Shown: positions 46,914 through 60,884, counted from the first letter of the whole stretch. The stretch: DNA of 63,696 nt, filler included, from Globobulimina sp. (GCA_003354225.1; 41 parts of 41 records of this genome joined end to end with filler, not necessarily neighbours in it); one strand, 5' to 3'. Program-made: numbers and translations. The notes: a model not told the origin generated them from the sequence alone.

Positions 46914-48146
46914 TTATTTTGATTTCTTGATAGATTCGATCTGTGATTCAATTTCGCACATCTTAGATTCTAATGAATGTTTCTTTTTCCTTTGTTCCAA
47001 TGAACGCGGTTTTGTTGGTAATTTAAATAATGCAGTTTCTATTTTTTGTCTTTGTTTTAACAAAAGTGATACTTGCTCATTTTTAGAAATATTTCTGCCA
47101 TTTCCTCCAATATTATTGCTACTTTGTCGACTAAGAAATGGTTTGCCTCGAACTAAACTCTTCATTTGTTTTTCTTGTGACAATGATATCGATGAATTTG
47201 ACTGTTTCCTTCCATAATTTGGCTGTTTACCTCCAATATTATTTGCAGTATTCACTGCTTCCGGTCGTAAAATTGACGAAAACGTTTGTTTTTGCTGCTT
47301 TTCTGCGGGCATTTGTTTTATTGGAATGTCTTTCTTCATTGCATTAAAATGGGTATTATATTCATTTTGTACTTGGTTGTTATTATTATTTTGTAGGTTG
47401 TTTTGCAAATTATTCATAACATTTAAATTTTGCATATTGATTTGCATTTGTACTTGGAACTGTTGTCTGGTTGCTTGCAATTGTTGTTTTTGAGCAAATA
47501 ATTGTTTTTCCAATGTTGTTATTAATCGTTGTGATTGCATTAATTGCATTCGTGTATTCTCCAAATCAGCAAACATTTGCTTTATATCATGATTTAATTG
47601 ACTTATTTCTTCTGTTTGTTTTGCATTATTCTGTCTTAAATTGATTTGCTCAGTTTTTGATTGTTCCAACTCTTTCGTCCTAAATTTTATATTTACAGAT
47701 AATGTATGCATTTCTTGTTTGTATTGCTCTTCTTTGGATAATATGGCATTGTATTCAAGTTTTGTTTCATGGAATTGGGTTTGTAATGACATGTATTGAG
47801 TGGATAATGTGTCGTGTCGATCATTTAATCGCTTTCTTGATATTTCCGATTCATTAAATATTTGTCGCAATTTTTGCTGCGTATTCATATCTTCCTTCAT
47901 TTTGTTGTTTTCTTCTTTTATTTCATTATTATTAATGCATAATTTTTGTAATTCAGCATTTAACAGATTTATTTCATTTTGATTTGATGCATTTTCTTCT
48001 TTTATGTCAGTATTATTACTGCATAGTTTTTGTAATTCAGTATTTAACAAATTTATTTTACTTTGATTTGATGCATTTTCCTGTTTTAATTGTAGATTTT
48101 CTGTAGAAATATTTTCTAATTCAATTTCTTTTTCTGATGCAAATTC
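46914..48146 (-). CDS. Coiled-coil protein with 28-aa internal repeats and an enkurin-like C-terminal hairpin
   Basis: Tandem KEENASNQ.EINLLN.ELQKLC units; C-terminal IETALFKLP..RSLEQRKKKHSLESKM..IESQI. Confidence 0.65.
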   Translation of the reverse strand, partial: EFASEKEIELENISTENLQLKQENASNQSKINLLNTELQKLCSNNTDIKEENASNQNEINLLNAELQKLCINNNEIKEENNKMKEDMNTQQKLRQIFNESEISRKRLNDRHDTLSTQYMSLQTQFHETKLEYNAILSKEEQYKQEMHTLSVNIKFRTKELEQSKTEQINLRQNNAKQTEEISQLNHDIKQMFADLENTRMQLMQSQRLITTLEKQLFAQKQQLQATRQQFQVQMQINMQNLNVMNNLQNNLQNNNNNQVQNEYNTHFNAMKKDIPIKQMPAEKQQKQTFSSILRPEAVNTANNIGGKQPNYGRKQSNSSISLSQEKQMKSLVRGKPFLSRQSSNNIGGNGRNISKNEQVSLLLKQRQKIETALFKLPTKPRSLEQRKKKHSLESKMCEIESQIESIKKSK

Positions 48147-48246
48147 NNNNNNNNNNNNNNNNNNNNNNNNNNNNNNNNNNNNNNNNNNNNTTAATTAATT
48201 AANNNNNNNNNNNNNNNNNNNNNNNNNNNNNNNNNNNNNNNNNNNN

Positions 48247-49701
48247 ATTTAAAAAATATGTTATCTCTGAAATAAATTCAATAAAAAAATCAATTCCTTG
48301 TAATAATAATAATAATCACAATCATAATCATAATCATAATAAATCAGAAATACCAGATTCAGAATATGTTAAATATTGGTTGCGATCCATTGGAATGAAA
48401 CAATATATTTCTAATTATGTCTCGAATGGTTTTGATTGCTTAGATATTATTCGTGAGATGAATGAGAGTGAATTGGATGGTATAAATATTAAACTAAAAG
48501 GCCATATATTTAAGTTATTGAATGAGACATCCAAATTAAAGCGAGATGCTGCTTATTTTGAATCCATTGTAAAAAACACGAAACGGTTTGAAAGCAACAA
48601 TCATTCATTTCGAATGATTGAAGAATTGCAAAAATTGGTTGTTTATGGATTGCAACCGCGATTTGATAAAGTTCCAATGATAACAAATAATAATGTACAT
48701 CGGCGCAGTGTTGGCGCATTCAACTTATTACAAAGAATCAGAGGAAATAACCCATCTTTAAATTATTGGAATATTCAAGGCGACGAAAAATATATCAAAT
48801 CTTTTGATCCAATCATTGATTTTCTTAATTTGAATGGTGAATATAATACAAATCCCTCCATCATGAAGGACAAAAAAAATGGAGGCACCGCAACAGGCAT
48901 CGGGAGAGAGGAGAAAATAGATTGTGATGGCGGTGAGGGACTAGATATAATAAATCAAATAAAATGAGAAAGAAAAAGAATAAAAAATATTTGCAATATA
49001 ATATAGAATTACAATCAGTTGTGATCGAAGAATGTAACTTTAAGAAACATTCGCGAATAAATGCGTTGAATGGACAAAAAGGTTTAAGAGCAAAGCAATC
49101 TATTTCTGGTAATCGATGTATTGGACAATTTTTAGGCTGTGAATATTTAGAGAATGAATATGAGGATATATTTAACGGAACATTTGAAGGCTCTGAACAT
49201 GAAATTTATTGTTTTGCTGAAAAAGTGGAATCTTGGACAGATATTAAAAAGAATAGTAATAATAATGACGATGATAATGGATTGATATTTGATAATGTTA
49301 CACTAAAAAAAAGGAAATTAAATGATGGAACACATGGAATAACAAAAAAGACAGAAAATGATAATAATATAAATAGTAATAATATGGAAAATGATTTGAG
49401 ACATCATATTGATACAATAATAATCGATGGATTAGGTTTAGAGAATAAATGTAAATTGATTTATATGAATGACTGTAGACAATCACCAAAAGAAAATATG
49501 TTACCAACAGAAGAGGATAAATGTTATTGGAATGTAGAGTTTGTGTCTGTTTATGTGAATGGATGGCCGCAAGTATTTGCAATTACACGTAGAGATATTA
49601 AAAAAAATGAGGAATTAGCTGTGTATCATGGTAAAGAATATGGAAAAATCTTAAATGTTAGAAAACGATGGATTGACAACACAAAAATAAGACAGGATAA
49701 A
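48247..49701 (+). CDS. SAM domain + SET domain protein
   Basis: SAM WLRSIGMKQY..NGFD..GH; SET GLRAK..IGQFLG..YMNDCR..NVEF..RDIKKNEEL. Phase-1 intron 48933-49006 fuses the two ORFs. Confidence 0.8.
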
Positions 49702-49854
49702 NNNNNNNNNNNNNNNNNNNNNNNNNNNNNNNNNNNNNNNNNNNNTTAATTAATTAANNNNNNNNNNNNNNNNNNNNNNNNNNNNNNNNNNNNNNNNNNN
49801 NTTTTTGAGTCAACCAATCTGAAAAAAATTATTTTTAGAGTTTAGGTTAGACGA

Positions 49855-49935
49855 CACACACAAAAGCAGACAGAGCCCACCCCACACAAAAGAGCAGACA
49901 GAACACACCCCAGACAAGAGCAGACAGAGCACACT
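49855..49935. repeat. ~27-bp imperfect tandem repeat x3
   Basis: Repeated AAGAGCAGACAGAG/AAC.CACCCC-like units. Confidence 0.7.
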
Positions 49936-49971
49936 TTTATAGGCGTTTTTGGAATAAATATATAACTGTAA

Positions 49972-51256
49972 TTAGATTGTAGTATATAAGTTATTACAAA
50001 ATGTTGCTCGAGCTGGCCCAGCCGATTTGGAATTAATTCCTTTGACTTGACTCAAAGCACTTTGCCAATATGAATTAAATTGCTGTACAAAATTGAATTG
50101 CTCATTATAATCATTCCCAATATTCCCTAACAACATGCTATACGCTGCAACAAATGACATATTTGCTCGCGTATCCGTGCCGTATTCATAATTTACTTCA
50201 TCCAATGCTGCTTTACATTGTTGTGCTCGACTTATTTTTCCTTTCATTCCCAATGTATATTTGAAATCTGTCTCCCAACCTCTTGCAAATTCAATTTGAA
50301 CTCTTGTTGTTTGTGCAACGTCCACCGTCGACGGACAATTTACAGTCAACGCCATGTCCACTCCATCAAAATAATACGTATTCTCTTTATTGAAATCATC
50401 AAAATACAATAAATTATAACTCACCACATTCCCATTACAGGTTACACTTTTTGGTGATAACACATTATATATTCGCACCGAATAACGGCGATTTCTATTA
50501 AATCCATCATAATCACCTTTCGATACAATGTTTGCTGTGAGCTGATACGACGACGAATCATACGTATAATCAAAATGAGTTTGAACAAATGTATCCATTG
50601 CATCCACACTATTATTCAAATAGTTATATGTTATCCCATCGTCCTCATAAAGCCACGTCGAGCCTGCTCCAGAATCAGTTGCTGCAAACACATCGAACCG
50701 CAAACTGTCATAATAAACATCATTCGCGACGCCTAACACTCGTCTTCCATCCAACGGATACAATGGCACAATGGAACCCGTTTTAATATAAATTGGTATC
50801 TCAGAAAGACTAAAAGAGCGTGCTATCGATTTGCTGGATTGTTTTGCTATTACATTCCCAGAATGTCGTTCATAATATTCCTCCGTGGCCGGCAACCATA
50901 TACTTTGCGTGGTGACATTATACAAATCGCCAGCATGAGCTATGGGAGACACAATCATGGCATCGCCAAACATGTATTGCTGTTTAATCACAGCATTATT
51001 GCTTGGATACGCATTTGGATCCGCAGCGAAGTCAATATACATCGACCTAACTAACTGTATTCCCGTCGTATAGGTCGTATACGATGCATTATAAATATAC
51101 GGCAACAACTCCGCTCTTTCCCGCATGGCTTGTCTTTCGATATCAAAATATTGATATGGATGCGTCCAAATATCCGGCAAAGCGCAACCAGCAGACTTCA
51201 ACGCGCAGCCTCCAGTGCCTTGTCCTTTGTCATGGATCCTGAATATCGGCGAGTAT
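49972..51256 (-). CDS. GH31 alpha-glycosidase, C-terminal part
   Basis: YSPIFRIH, RAELLPYIY, RSMY, QYMFGDAMIVSPI, WLP, IPIYIKTGSIVP, LYEDDG. Confidence 0.9.
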
Positions 51257-51640
51257 NNNNNNNNNNNNNNNNNNNNNNNNNNNNNNNNNNNNNNNNNNNN
51301 TTAATTAATTAANNNNNNNNNNNNNNNNNNNNNNNNNNNNNNNNNNNNNNNNNNNNCTGTCGGAAATATGTGAGTAATACAAAGAAAAATGACTTTTTTG
51401 TTTTTGATTTTTCGTAACATTGTGGTTGTGATCAATTTTGAATGTCAAATGAGACAAAAAATAGGATTTCTCTGACCTTTTCTTGTCTGTTAATTTTTTA
51501 AAGGGAAACGGGTACAAGTCGCACAGAGAAACACTTGGCACGTCAAAATATCCTATGACCAACCATATGACCAACCATACAAAGGACATGAAACTGAACA
51601 ATATTAAAACTAAAAAGTGAGCTAGTCCTCAGTCCTCAGC

Positions 51641-52811
51641 ATGACACAGCGCCAAAAAGGAAACGCAAATTCATTATACGTCCATTCAGCCAACTTTATG
51701 CAACGTATCCAAGATGAACTTTCTTTATATTTTGAGATTATCTCATTTGTTGACAATTTGCGAGACGGCGAATTGGATGAAATGATAATTGATTATAATA
51801 ATTTTATGTTCCGTTTTGGTGATAAAGAGAAACCTGAGAATATTGCCAATTCCATAAAATTGATGTGGAGAATACATTTATTGCATCCTGTCGTTTATCT
51901 ACAAGACTGTCTCAAACATTTCCATCATATTATCGATCCTCAACATCATATATTTAATTTTAAAGCGCACACTCGAACTCATTCCATGCCCATCACATTG
52001 GCCCACCACAATAATGACAATGACAATGATAATCGCACCAAATTCACAGATCTTAATTTGAAACAATCGCTATTGAATCAAATATGTTTTATGCGAAATA
52101 TAGTAAATGATATCGGCTTTTATAAAAACGAAAAGAACATTAAACAGACAATAGGCGAATATATTGAGTTTCTGACATTAATTCGCAACACGACGCAAAC
52201 CATGATACCTTCTGTTGCCATCGATGTGGTGTGGCACACTCATATGCTGTATCCCATTATCTATTGTACAGAATCACACATTTTAGCCAACACATTGGTG
52301 GATCATAACGATTTCGTCAAAGATGAATCTCCAGAGAAATATTTCAGAGATTGGCTAAATACCAAAAAAGAATGGAATCAAACATTTGGACATCAAAAAG
52401 CGGCCCAAATATATGTAGCAGGCAGAGATTATGAAGAAAATGAAAGCAACACAGCCATAAATAACCAAAACAAAACCTCACAATTGCAATTCATGACACT
52501 TTTGTTGCTGTCGATATCATGTGTTGTTATATACAGTTTTTTGAATTCATTCGAGTATGATACTCATCGCAGACGTTTGGCCGCTGTGGAGAGTGGCGGC
52601 GCCATTGCTATTATAATGGGTATGTTAGTTGTTATAATTTCAATTTGTATTTTGATAAAAGTTAAAGTTTATGACCAAATGTGCCAAATCGAAGGATGTT
52701 TGGTGGTGTTGGACGGCTATCAAATATATTATCGTTCATCCAAATCATTCCCCGATGGCTTGAGATGGCAGACTGACGATAAAAATTCGCAAGGCACTGT
52801 CAATGAATCAG
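51641..52811 (+). CDS. GRDP/DUF1399-like protein with two TM segments (3' truncated)
   Basis: Duplicated motif LMWRIHLLHPVVY / PSVAIDVVWHTHMLYPIIY..DHND. Confidence 0.75.
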
Positions 52812-52957
52812 NNNNNNNNNNNNNNNNNNNNNNNNNNNNNNNNNNNNNNNNNNNNTTAATTAATTAANNNNNNNNNNNNNNNNNNNNNNNNNNNNNNNNN
52901 NNNNNNNNNNNTGCAAAGCATGCAAGTGATAATAATAGAAATAATATATTATTTGAG

Positions 52958-53641
52958 ATGGACAGACTCACATTGAATGTCCAAATATATATTGACACTC
53001 AAGCAAATACGGGAAAATTAGTACATTCGATACTAACATTTTATTGTAAATATAATTCACACTCGCAATTGGAACATGGTCCTCGCAATTTTTTACATTT
53101 ATTGGCTCAAATACGACATAATAATGAGACATATGACAGTGATGAAAAGCTGCGACAATTATTATTGTGCTTCTTTACAATTGAAACAATTCCGTCACCC
53201 GGTTTGTTTTTATTCGAGTCACTTGCAACAAAGTTATGTGATACCACAATAAATCAAATTCAACGCATATTTGAACAACTCATCATTCCATATAAATTAT
53301 TCCAAGATATACATACTTACGTTTATATAATACAAGAATTTGCGATGATGATTGATTGGTTGATAGTACATCATCGTCGTGACGCAGCGAGTGCATTATT
53401 TGAGCACATTTATCCATATATTTATCCAAAGTACTTTACAATGAAGCAATTGAAATTTGAATTTTATGATGATGCCTTTGCTCCGACCAAGCCGTGGATA
53501 CAATATGTGATTCGTGTAATTGATAGACAGAAACATCTATGTCATAATTATAAGCAAATTAAGAAAAACATGGCACAGTTTAAAGACCTAGTCATTGCCA
53601 TAAATCACTACGTGACATTTATAAAATTTAAATTTGTATAA
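52958..53641 (+). CDS. Hypothetical protein
   Basis: 227-aa ORF; no motif recognised. Confidence 0.5.
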   Translation: MDRLTLNVQIYIDTQANTGKLVHSILTFYCKYNSHSQLEHGPRNFLHLLAQIRHNNETYDSDEKLRQLLLCFFTIETIPSPGLFLFESLATKLCDTTINQIQRIFEQLIIPYKLFQDIHTYVYIIQEFAMMIDWLIVHHRRDAASALFEHIYPYIYPKYFTMKQLKFEFYDDAFAPTKPWIQYVIRVIDRQKHLCHNYKQIKKNMAQFKDLVIAINHYVTFIKFKFV

Positions 53642-53999
53642 ATTAATATTATCTATCTGTAATTATGCATAATTATCCAAACGTTTCTAAAAATTGATTT
53701 CTTAAGTTTTTTGTTGAAGAACAATTGTCAAAATATAGCAGTCACTTCTAATCACCATGTTGCCGATTCTTTTCGCACCATTCTTGTTGCCACTTGGAAT
53801 ATGGTACTTGGTCACAATTGAACCTTCACTGTTGTACATCCTTTATGTCGTTATCAATGTTATAATTGATTCAGTATGTATTATAATATAATTTTTTGTT
53901 CAATTGATACATGATACACAATCGTAAAGAATTATTTTTTATTTATAGATATTTGTAAATTATGTCGTTCATCACCAAGGTCGAGCAGAATTACCAACT

Positions 54000-54366
54000 A
54001 TGAGATCAGAAACGAAGTATGATGATATTTATAAAAAACGATGGAGAATAAACACATGGAAGTACGAAAAATCATTTTATGTATTATTTACATTATATTC
54101 CTTTATTAGTGGTGTCATATCATTTGCATTAATTTGTGTTTACACAATTAATTTCTGTATGGAATTAACATTGCAATTAGTCGATCATCATTTTGATCAT
54201 AGTGACGAAATAAATAGAACATCATTTTGGTTATGGATTACATGTTTATTTACAGTGTGGATTTATCAGTTATATCAATCAGATAACTGGTTTTTTGTTG
54301 CTGTTAAGGAATATGGAGCACATCCACTCACATGGTTTATCAAAATATTTTGTTTTGTTTTGAGTC
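54000..54366 (+). CDS. Hypothetical membrane protein fragment
   Basis: Hydrophobic segments; runs off the contig. Confidence 0.4.
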
Positions 54367-54466
54367 NNNNNNNNNNNNNNNNNNNNNNNNNNNNNNNNNN
54401 NNNNNNNNNNTTAATTAATTAANNNNNNNNNNNNNNNNNNNNNNNNNNNNNNNNNNNNNNNNNNNN

Positions 54467-54763
54467 ACTCGGTATACAACAAAAAATCACGATTGGTGTA
54501 TTTGGTTTATGGACGTTGCCATATGGATCTCTACTTGAAGTAAACAGCATACTTGCAAACAATGTTATTTATACATATTATTATGACATTATCATCCAAT
54601 CGAAGATATGTAAATACTGCTTCTTTATATCATTTATAAACTTATGGGTTTTTCTTTAGAAGCCTAGATGTTATGCATCATTTTCCTTTTCCACTAAGTT
54701 TCAGTAAGCTGGTCCATGAGAACATCAACATATGCAAAGTTTTAATATGGAAATTATATCCCA
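54467..54763. repeat. Dispersed repeat copy 2 (rearranged relative to copy 1)
   Basis: Blocks shared with 36897-37257 and 60757-60784. Confidence 0.85.
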
Positions 54764-55093
54764 AGGTAGTTTGATCTAATTAAAGAAGATTTGGGTCAAA
54801 TCCCAACATCACATTTTATTATTATTAACATGGGTTCTTAAATTTATGGGTTTCTTGATGATGTTTAGTATTCAGTCGGAATTCGGAAAGTAGTCATCGA
54901 ATATAGGAACTGTGAAAACGCCTTGTGAATAGAGCGAAAATAAATAAATCATTTAATTAATTGCAAATTGTTATCGATTAACAAGAAATGTAAATAGAGG
55001 GTGTCAATAATATAAAGGGTATAAAAATAACTGCAGTTATTAAAATTAAATTACATGTTTTCCTGAAATATGATATGATATGAAATTACCAGT

Positions 55094-55921
<828 letters not shown>

Positions 55922-56021
55922 NNNNNNNNNNNNNNNNNNNNNNNNNNNNNNNNNNNNNNNNNNNNTTAATTAATTAANNNNNNNNNNNNNNNNNNNNNNN
56001 NNNNNNNNNNNNNNNNNNNNN

Positions 56022-57476
56022 TAAATACCCATCATCATGGAGTGAATTTTCCCCTTTATTTGCATATTTTTGCAATACATTTGGTTTATCTTTTATTACT
56101 CCGATATACGGATGAAAACTATATGTGGGACGTTCATATTTTATCAATTTCATTTTCCAAACAAATATATCTCCCGATTTGAACACATCACGCCCATAAA
56201 CAGTGTTAAGTCCACCAGTTGTACCACTTACAAATCTCTTGCTTGTTATTAAAACATGTTTTGCATAATTTGTGTCCCAAACATCCGCATGGACAAACAT
56301 CACATTGCATAAATCATTTTGAACTATTTTCATTAAACGTTCTATACATTTTGTTATATATACTGTTTGTGATGGAGTGACAGAGAGCATTTTGGATAAA
56401 ACATCCCTTTTAATGCTATCATTCACAAATATAATATCTCTGCCATTATCAATTATTTTTACAGGTTCAATTTCCATATCTTTCTCATCATCATTACAAT
56501 ACCAACGATATTTAGTATTTGGATTGAATGACAAACATTGTTTAATTGCATCCAATTCTTCATTTAAACTGTATACCGCCGCCCTTTTCTGCTCTAATTC
56601 TTTTTGTAATGCATTTAATTCATCATTCATTTTTGTATTTGCATTTTGTGTTTGTTTTAATTCATTTTCGATGGTTTGTTTTGAATGTTGCAATAAAACA
56701 ATTTGTTGTTTATACTCTTTAACATCTCCATCCTCTTCGTATTGAATTACCTTTTCTTCATTAACAATCATGCCAATATTTTGAATTTGTTTCAATAATC
56801 TTTCATGAGCTTTTCTATTGATATCGAAATCTATATTTATGACACAATCATTATTTGCATTGATTGTATTTTGCAGTGATTCTGTAAATTGCTGCAATTT
56901 ATTTTGCGTATAATCAAATCTCTCAGTTATTGTTTGTCCGAATCTCATTATTTCTTTCTTCCGTTTCTGTCTTTCTTCATTTGTTGATAATTTAATTATT
57001 TTCTGACATTTTGCAAATTCATTCGATAAGCATTGCCTTTCAGTTTGTAAACAATTTAATGACTTTGAGACTGACTCATTTTCTTTCTCTTCACTTTCTT
57101 GTTTCATATTCTTCAATGATTTCAGTAATATTTCTTGCTTAATTTGCAATGCATTACGAATATCATTGAATAATTTATTAATTTTGCTCTCAGTCTGTTC
57201 AATTTGTGTTAATGTCTCATTTTCAATCCGTACAACACTTTGTGGATATTTTGTGTTTAATGAATCAATGTCAATCTCCATTTTATCCAATATTTTTATA
57301 TTTTCCTTAATATCTTCCATCACTTTGTGCTCCTCTTCAGAAACAATAACATAATTTAATGCAGGCATTTGTTGCATAGCGATAATAATTTTCGATATAA
57401 ATTGCGGAAATTTAGTGAAAAATTCAGGATCAGCTGTAAATTGTGCACATTGTGTTGATTGTAATGATAATGCATC
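56022..57476 (-). CDS. Coiled-coil + SPRY/B30.2-like protein fragment
   Basis: TRIM-like coiled coil; SGDIFVWKMKL..YIGVI. Confidence 0.6.
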
Positions 57477-57576
57477 NNNNNNNNNNNNNNNNNNNNNNNN
57501 NNNNNNNNNNNNNNNNNNNNTTAATTAATTAANNNNNNNNNNNNNNNNNNNNNNNNNNNNNNNNNNNNNNNNNNNN

Positions 57577-58484
57577 TATTCAGCGAACAATCATCAGACG
57601 AATTGACGAAATTCCATATTTCAGTATTAACTGTTTTGATGTTATTGCCTTTGTCATTTTATTATGTGGTATTTACCATAATTTTAATTTCATGGGTTAA
57701 CATTGCACATTCTTTTTCGAATAAAACGGAGTTAATACATAAGTTTAAAGTAATATTAAAAATAATTAGTTTCTTAATATGTATCATATTTATTTTGAGG
57801 ATTTTTCTATTATTAGTTCCTGTTGATATTATCAGTAAATATATATTGTCGATTGGCGAGATAATATGGTGTCTTTTGATGGCAATTTCATCGATTATAT
57901 TTTTGATTTATGGTTTAAAAGTTTTATGTTTAGTTCGCCATTCAAATAAAAGGGTGGCCAAAACATTTGTAAATCGGGATCGAACTGCATACAGAGAAGG
58001 AAAACATGTCGAATATAAGTTAATGTTAATTGTTGTTGTGTTAACATTATTTTTTGTGATCCAAAGTGGATTAACACTCTATTTTGCATATTTTAATGCA
58101 AAATTAAATATTTATTGGCGATTTGGTGATATATTGACTCATTTAATATGTTTATTGGTGTTATGTATTATTTATAGATCGAATATATCGCGTCTTAGTC
58201 AATATGGTGTAGCACAGTCACAATCAGGAGGCTTAGGAGCTACCGATTCATTGAAAGTGAGTCCATCCATCAATACAACATTGAAAGCAACATCGCATCA
58301 TAAAATAACACGTACAGACACTGAGTCACAACAAATGCCTCTCAGCATGGAAAAAGTGCAGTCATTGAGTCTAAACACCGATACTGAATTTGATACCATT
58401 TCACCACAACAAATGCAGCAAAATCATCCATCAACGGTAGAAATGCAGAGAGTACATAGTGATGAAGAACACACTGTTATTTAA
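57577..58484 (+). CDS. Multi-TM (GPCR/TOM1-like) protein, 5' truncated
   Basis: Five or more TM helices followed by an S/T-rich cytoplasmic tail. Confidence 0.65.
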
Positions 58485-58680
58485 TTATAAATAATTATTT
58501 TTTTTCTTTTTGTAGTGTCAATTCATAAATATTTGTTTGCTTTAACAAAAAATAATTAATAGAGTATAGTTAGATTTTCGAATGTTGACAAGGCATCGTG
58601 TTCTGAAGTTTATTTATCGACACTGCCTGGAATTCTTGTTTAATTACGCAGTTTTTGAGTGAAATATCTTTATCCGAAAA

Positions 58681-59031
58681 ATGAACAATGCTGTCAGGAA
58701 AAGACGATCACAATTATTAGTAAGTGGATACGTTAGAAAATATAGCTCTCAATACATCCATACAGATATTATTAGTATCATTCACGTGATTCACGCATTC
58801 CATTATTATTTTATATTGCTGCTATATTCTATCGGTAACAACGATGAGGGACAACAAGGAAATGGAAGAAATGAAGATCTTAATAAAATCACAAAAATAA
58901 AAACATTTGAAAAAGAAATAAAAAATATTGTTACTTGTGGTGATGATTGGGATGGTGTAGCAGCATATATTTTATTTGATGATGAAACCTATGAATGTTG
59001 TGGTTTTAATAAAGAGGGTGTATTAGGTGTT
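58681..59031 (+). CDS. RCC1-repeat protein, 5' fragment
   Basis: YSIGNNDEGQQGNG and CCGFNKEGVLG. Confidence 0.75.
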
Positions 59032-59160
59032 NNNNNNNNNNNNNNNNNNNNNNNNNNNNNNNNNNNNNNNNNNNNTTAATTAATTAANNNNNNNNNNNNN
59101 NNNNNNNNNNNNNNNNNNNNNNNNNNNNNNNGCGCGGATGTTATTGTGTAAAAAAAAAAG

Positions 59161-60061
59161 GTATAAGCTTGGGATGGTGGAAATATACACATAATGTGCA
59201 CCATGTACGTACCAATGACGGTGCGTGGGACCCAGACATCCAACATATGCCAGTCATTGCCATCTCAAAACAGTATTTATCGGACATTTATTCGTATTTC
59301 CATCGACGGAAATTGCCGCCGACTGATGCTGTCTCGTGGGCTGTGAGCAAAATCGCCATTAAATATCAACATTATCATTGGTTTTTTACCTTGATGTGTT
59401 CGCGTATATTTTTATATATTTCCTCGTTTATCTTTGTATTTATGCAGCAGCCAAACAATCAAAATGGAACCAAGAGTAAGAGCAAATTATTTATTTTCTT
59501 AGAACAAATCACGTTGATTGGCTATCACGTGTGGACCATTGGGATATTTTATGTGTGTACTAAGCATCCGATTTTATATTATTTCATCGCCTATGTCACC
59601 GCGGGGATTTTGCATGTTCAAATTATTTTAAATCATTTCCCGTGCCCTATTTTTTACGACATAGCGGATGACAATTTTATAGTGCATCAATTAAAATCGT
59701 CGATGGCGATCAAATCCAACGTATTTACACATTGGTTCTTTGGTGGTTTACAGTTTCAAGTTTAGTCGAGGTCGCCATGCATTTTTTGAGTGTGGCTTTA
59801 CTTAAAAAAACGTTTTTGAGTTGGTGTCATTTTGAATTTTGCATTTTTACACAGGTGGAACATCATTTATTTCCTATGATGCCGCGGCATAATTTAAGGA
59901 AGGTGAAACCGTATATTTTGGAGTTATGTAAGAAATATGATTTGCCGTATTTAGAGAATTCATTCTGGGGCGCGATATTTGATATATCTAAAATTTTAAA
60001 AGATGTGGCCAAACATGCGGATAAATTAAATAGTATCAACTTTACAATGCATGTAAATTAA
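59161..60061 (+). CDS. Front-end (delta5/6/8) fatty acid or sphingolipid desaturase, C-terminal part
   Basis: WWKYTHNVHH, DPDI, GGLQFQ|VEHHLFP joined by intron 59760-59854. Confidence 0.93.
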
Positions 60062-60884
60062 TTTATGTGTCATTTATTAAATGAGATTAAAAAATTTAAT
60101 GAAATGATATTTTTTTTTTTTTGTTTTGTGTTTCCATTTCATATTCGCTTGTTTCATTGCAATTCTTTCAAATAAATTAATCTAAATTGAGTTTCTATGT
60201 TTATGATATGATCTGTTTTTTTTTTCCTTGTTAATAATTATTTCAACGCACTCATTTTCTGTATAGTGTATTTTTTAAAAGGTGGGTTTTATGCATCTAT
60301 TTTTTCAGTTGCATCTATTTTCAATTTCCATTTTTTTTTTCTTGAGACTGTGCAGTCGACCAATAATAGAAAAATTTAACACTCGTTATATCCCATGGCC
60401 ATAACTGTAACTAAATTCGTATGAAATACAAATATAACCAATTCTGCCTCAATATAAATGTAACTAATTGTAACACGCATGTCTCATTTAACTTTTTTGG
60501 CTTAGTTTCGTTTCGTTTCGTTTCATTTCAACGATTAGAAAAGTTTTTGGATAGCTAGAGTGGTTTTGAACCCAAAAACTTTGCTANNNNNNNNNNNNNN
60601 NNNNNNNNNNNNNNNNNNNNNNNNNNNNNNTTAATTAATTAANNNNNNNNNNNNNNNNNNNNNNNNNNNNNNNNNNNNNNNNNNNNTTACATACAGTGCT
60701 AGGATAAAGTATACAATTTCAAAAGAAAAGTGTTCTAAACACGTCCTATTCTAAAGTACACCAATCGTGATTTTTTATTATATATGGCGTAGACATATAA
60801 GAAACGTAGACATTTAACGTAGACATATAATAAACCAATCGTGATTTTAATAAGAAAATAAAGTGACAGAGTTTTTGGCAGATA

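Noticed and set aside
48930-48970. Programmed frameshift between the SAM and SET ORFs (similar overlaps in DOP1 and the desaturase)
   Set aside because: Phase-compatible GT-AG introns explain the frame changes
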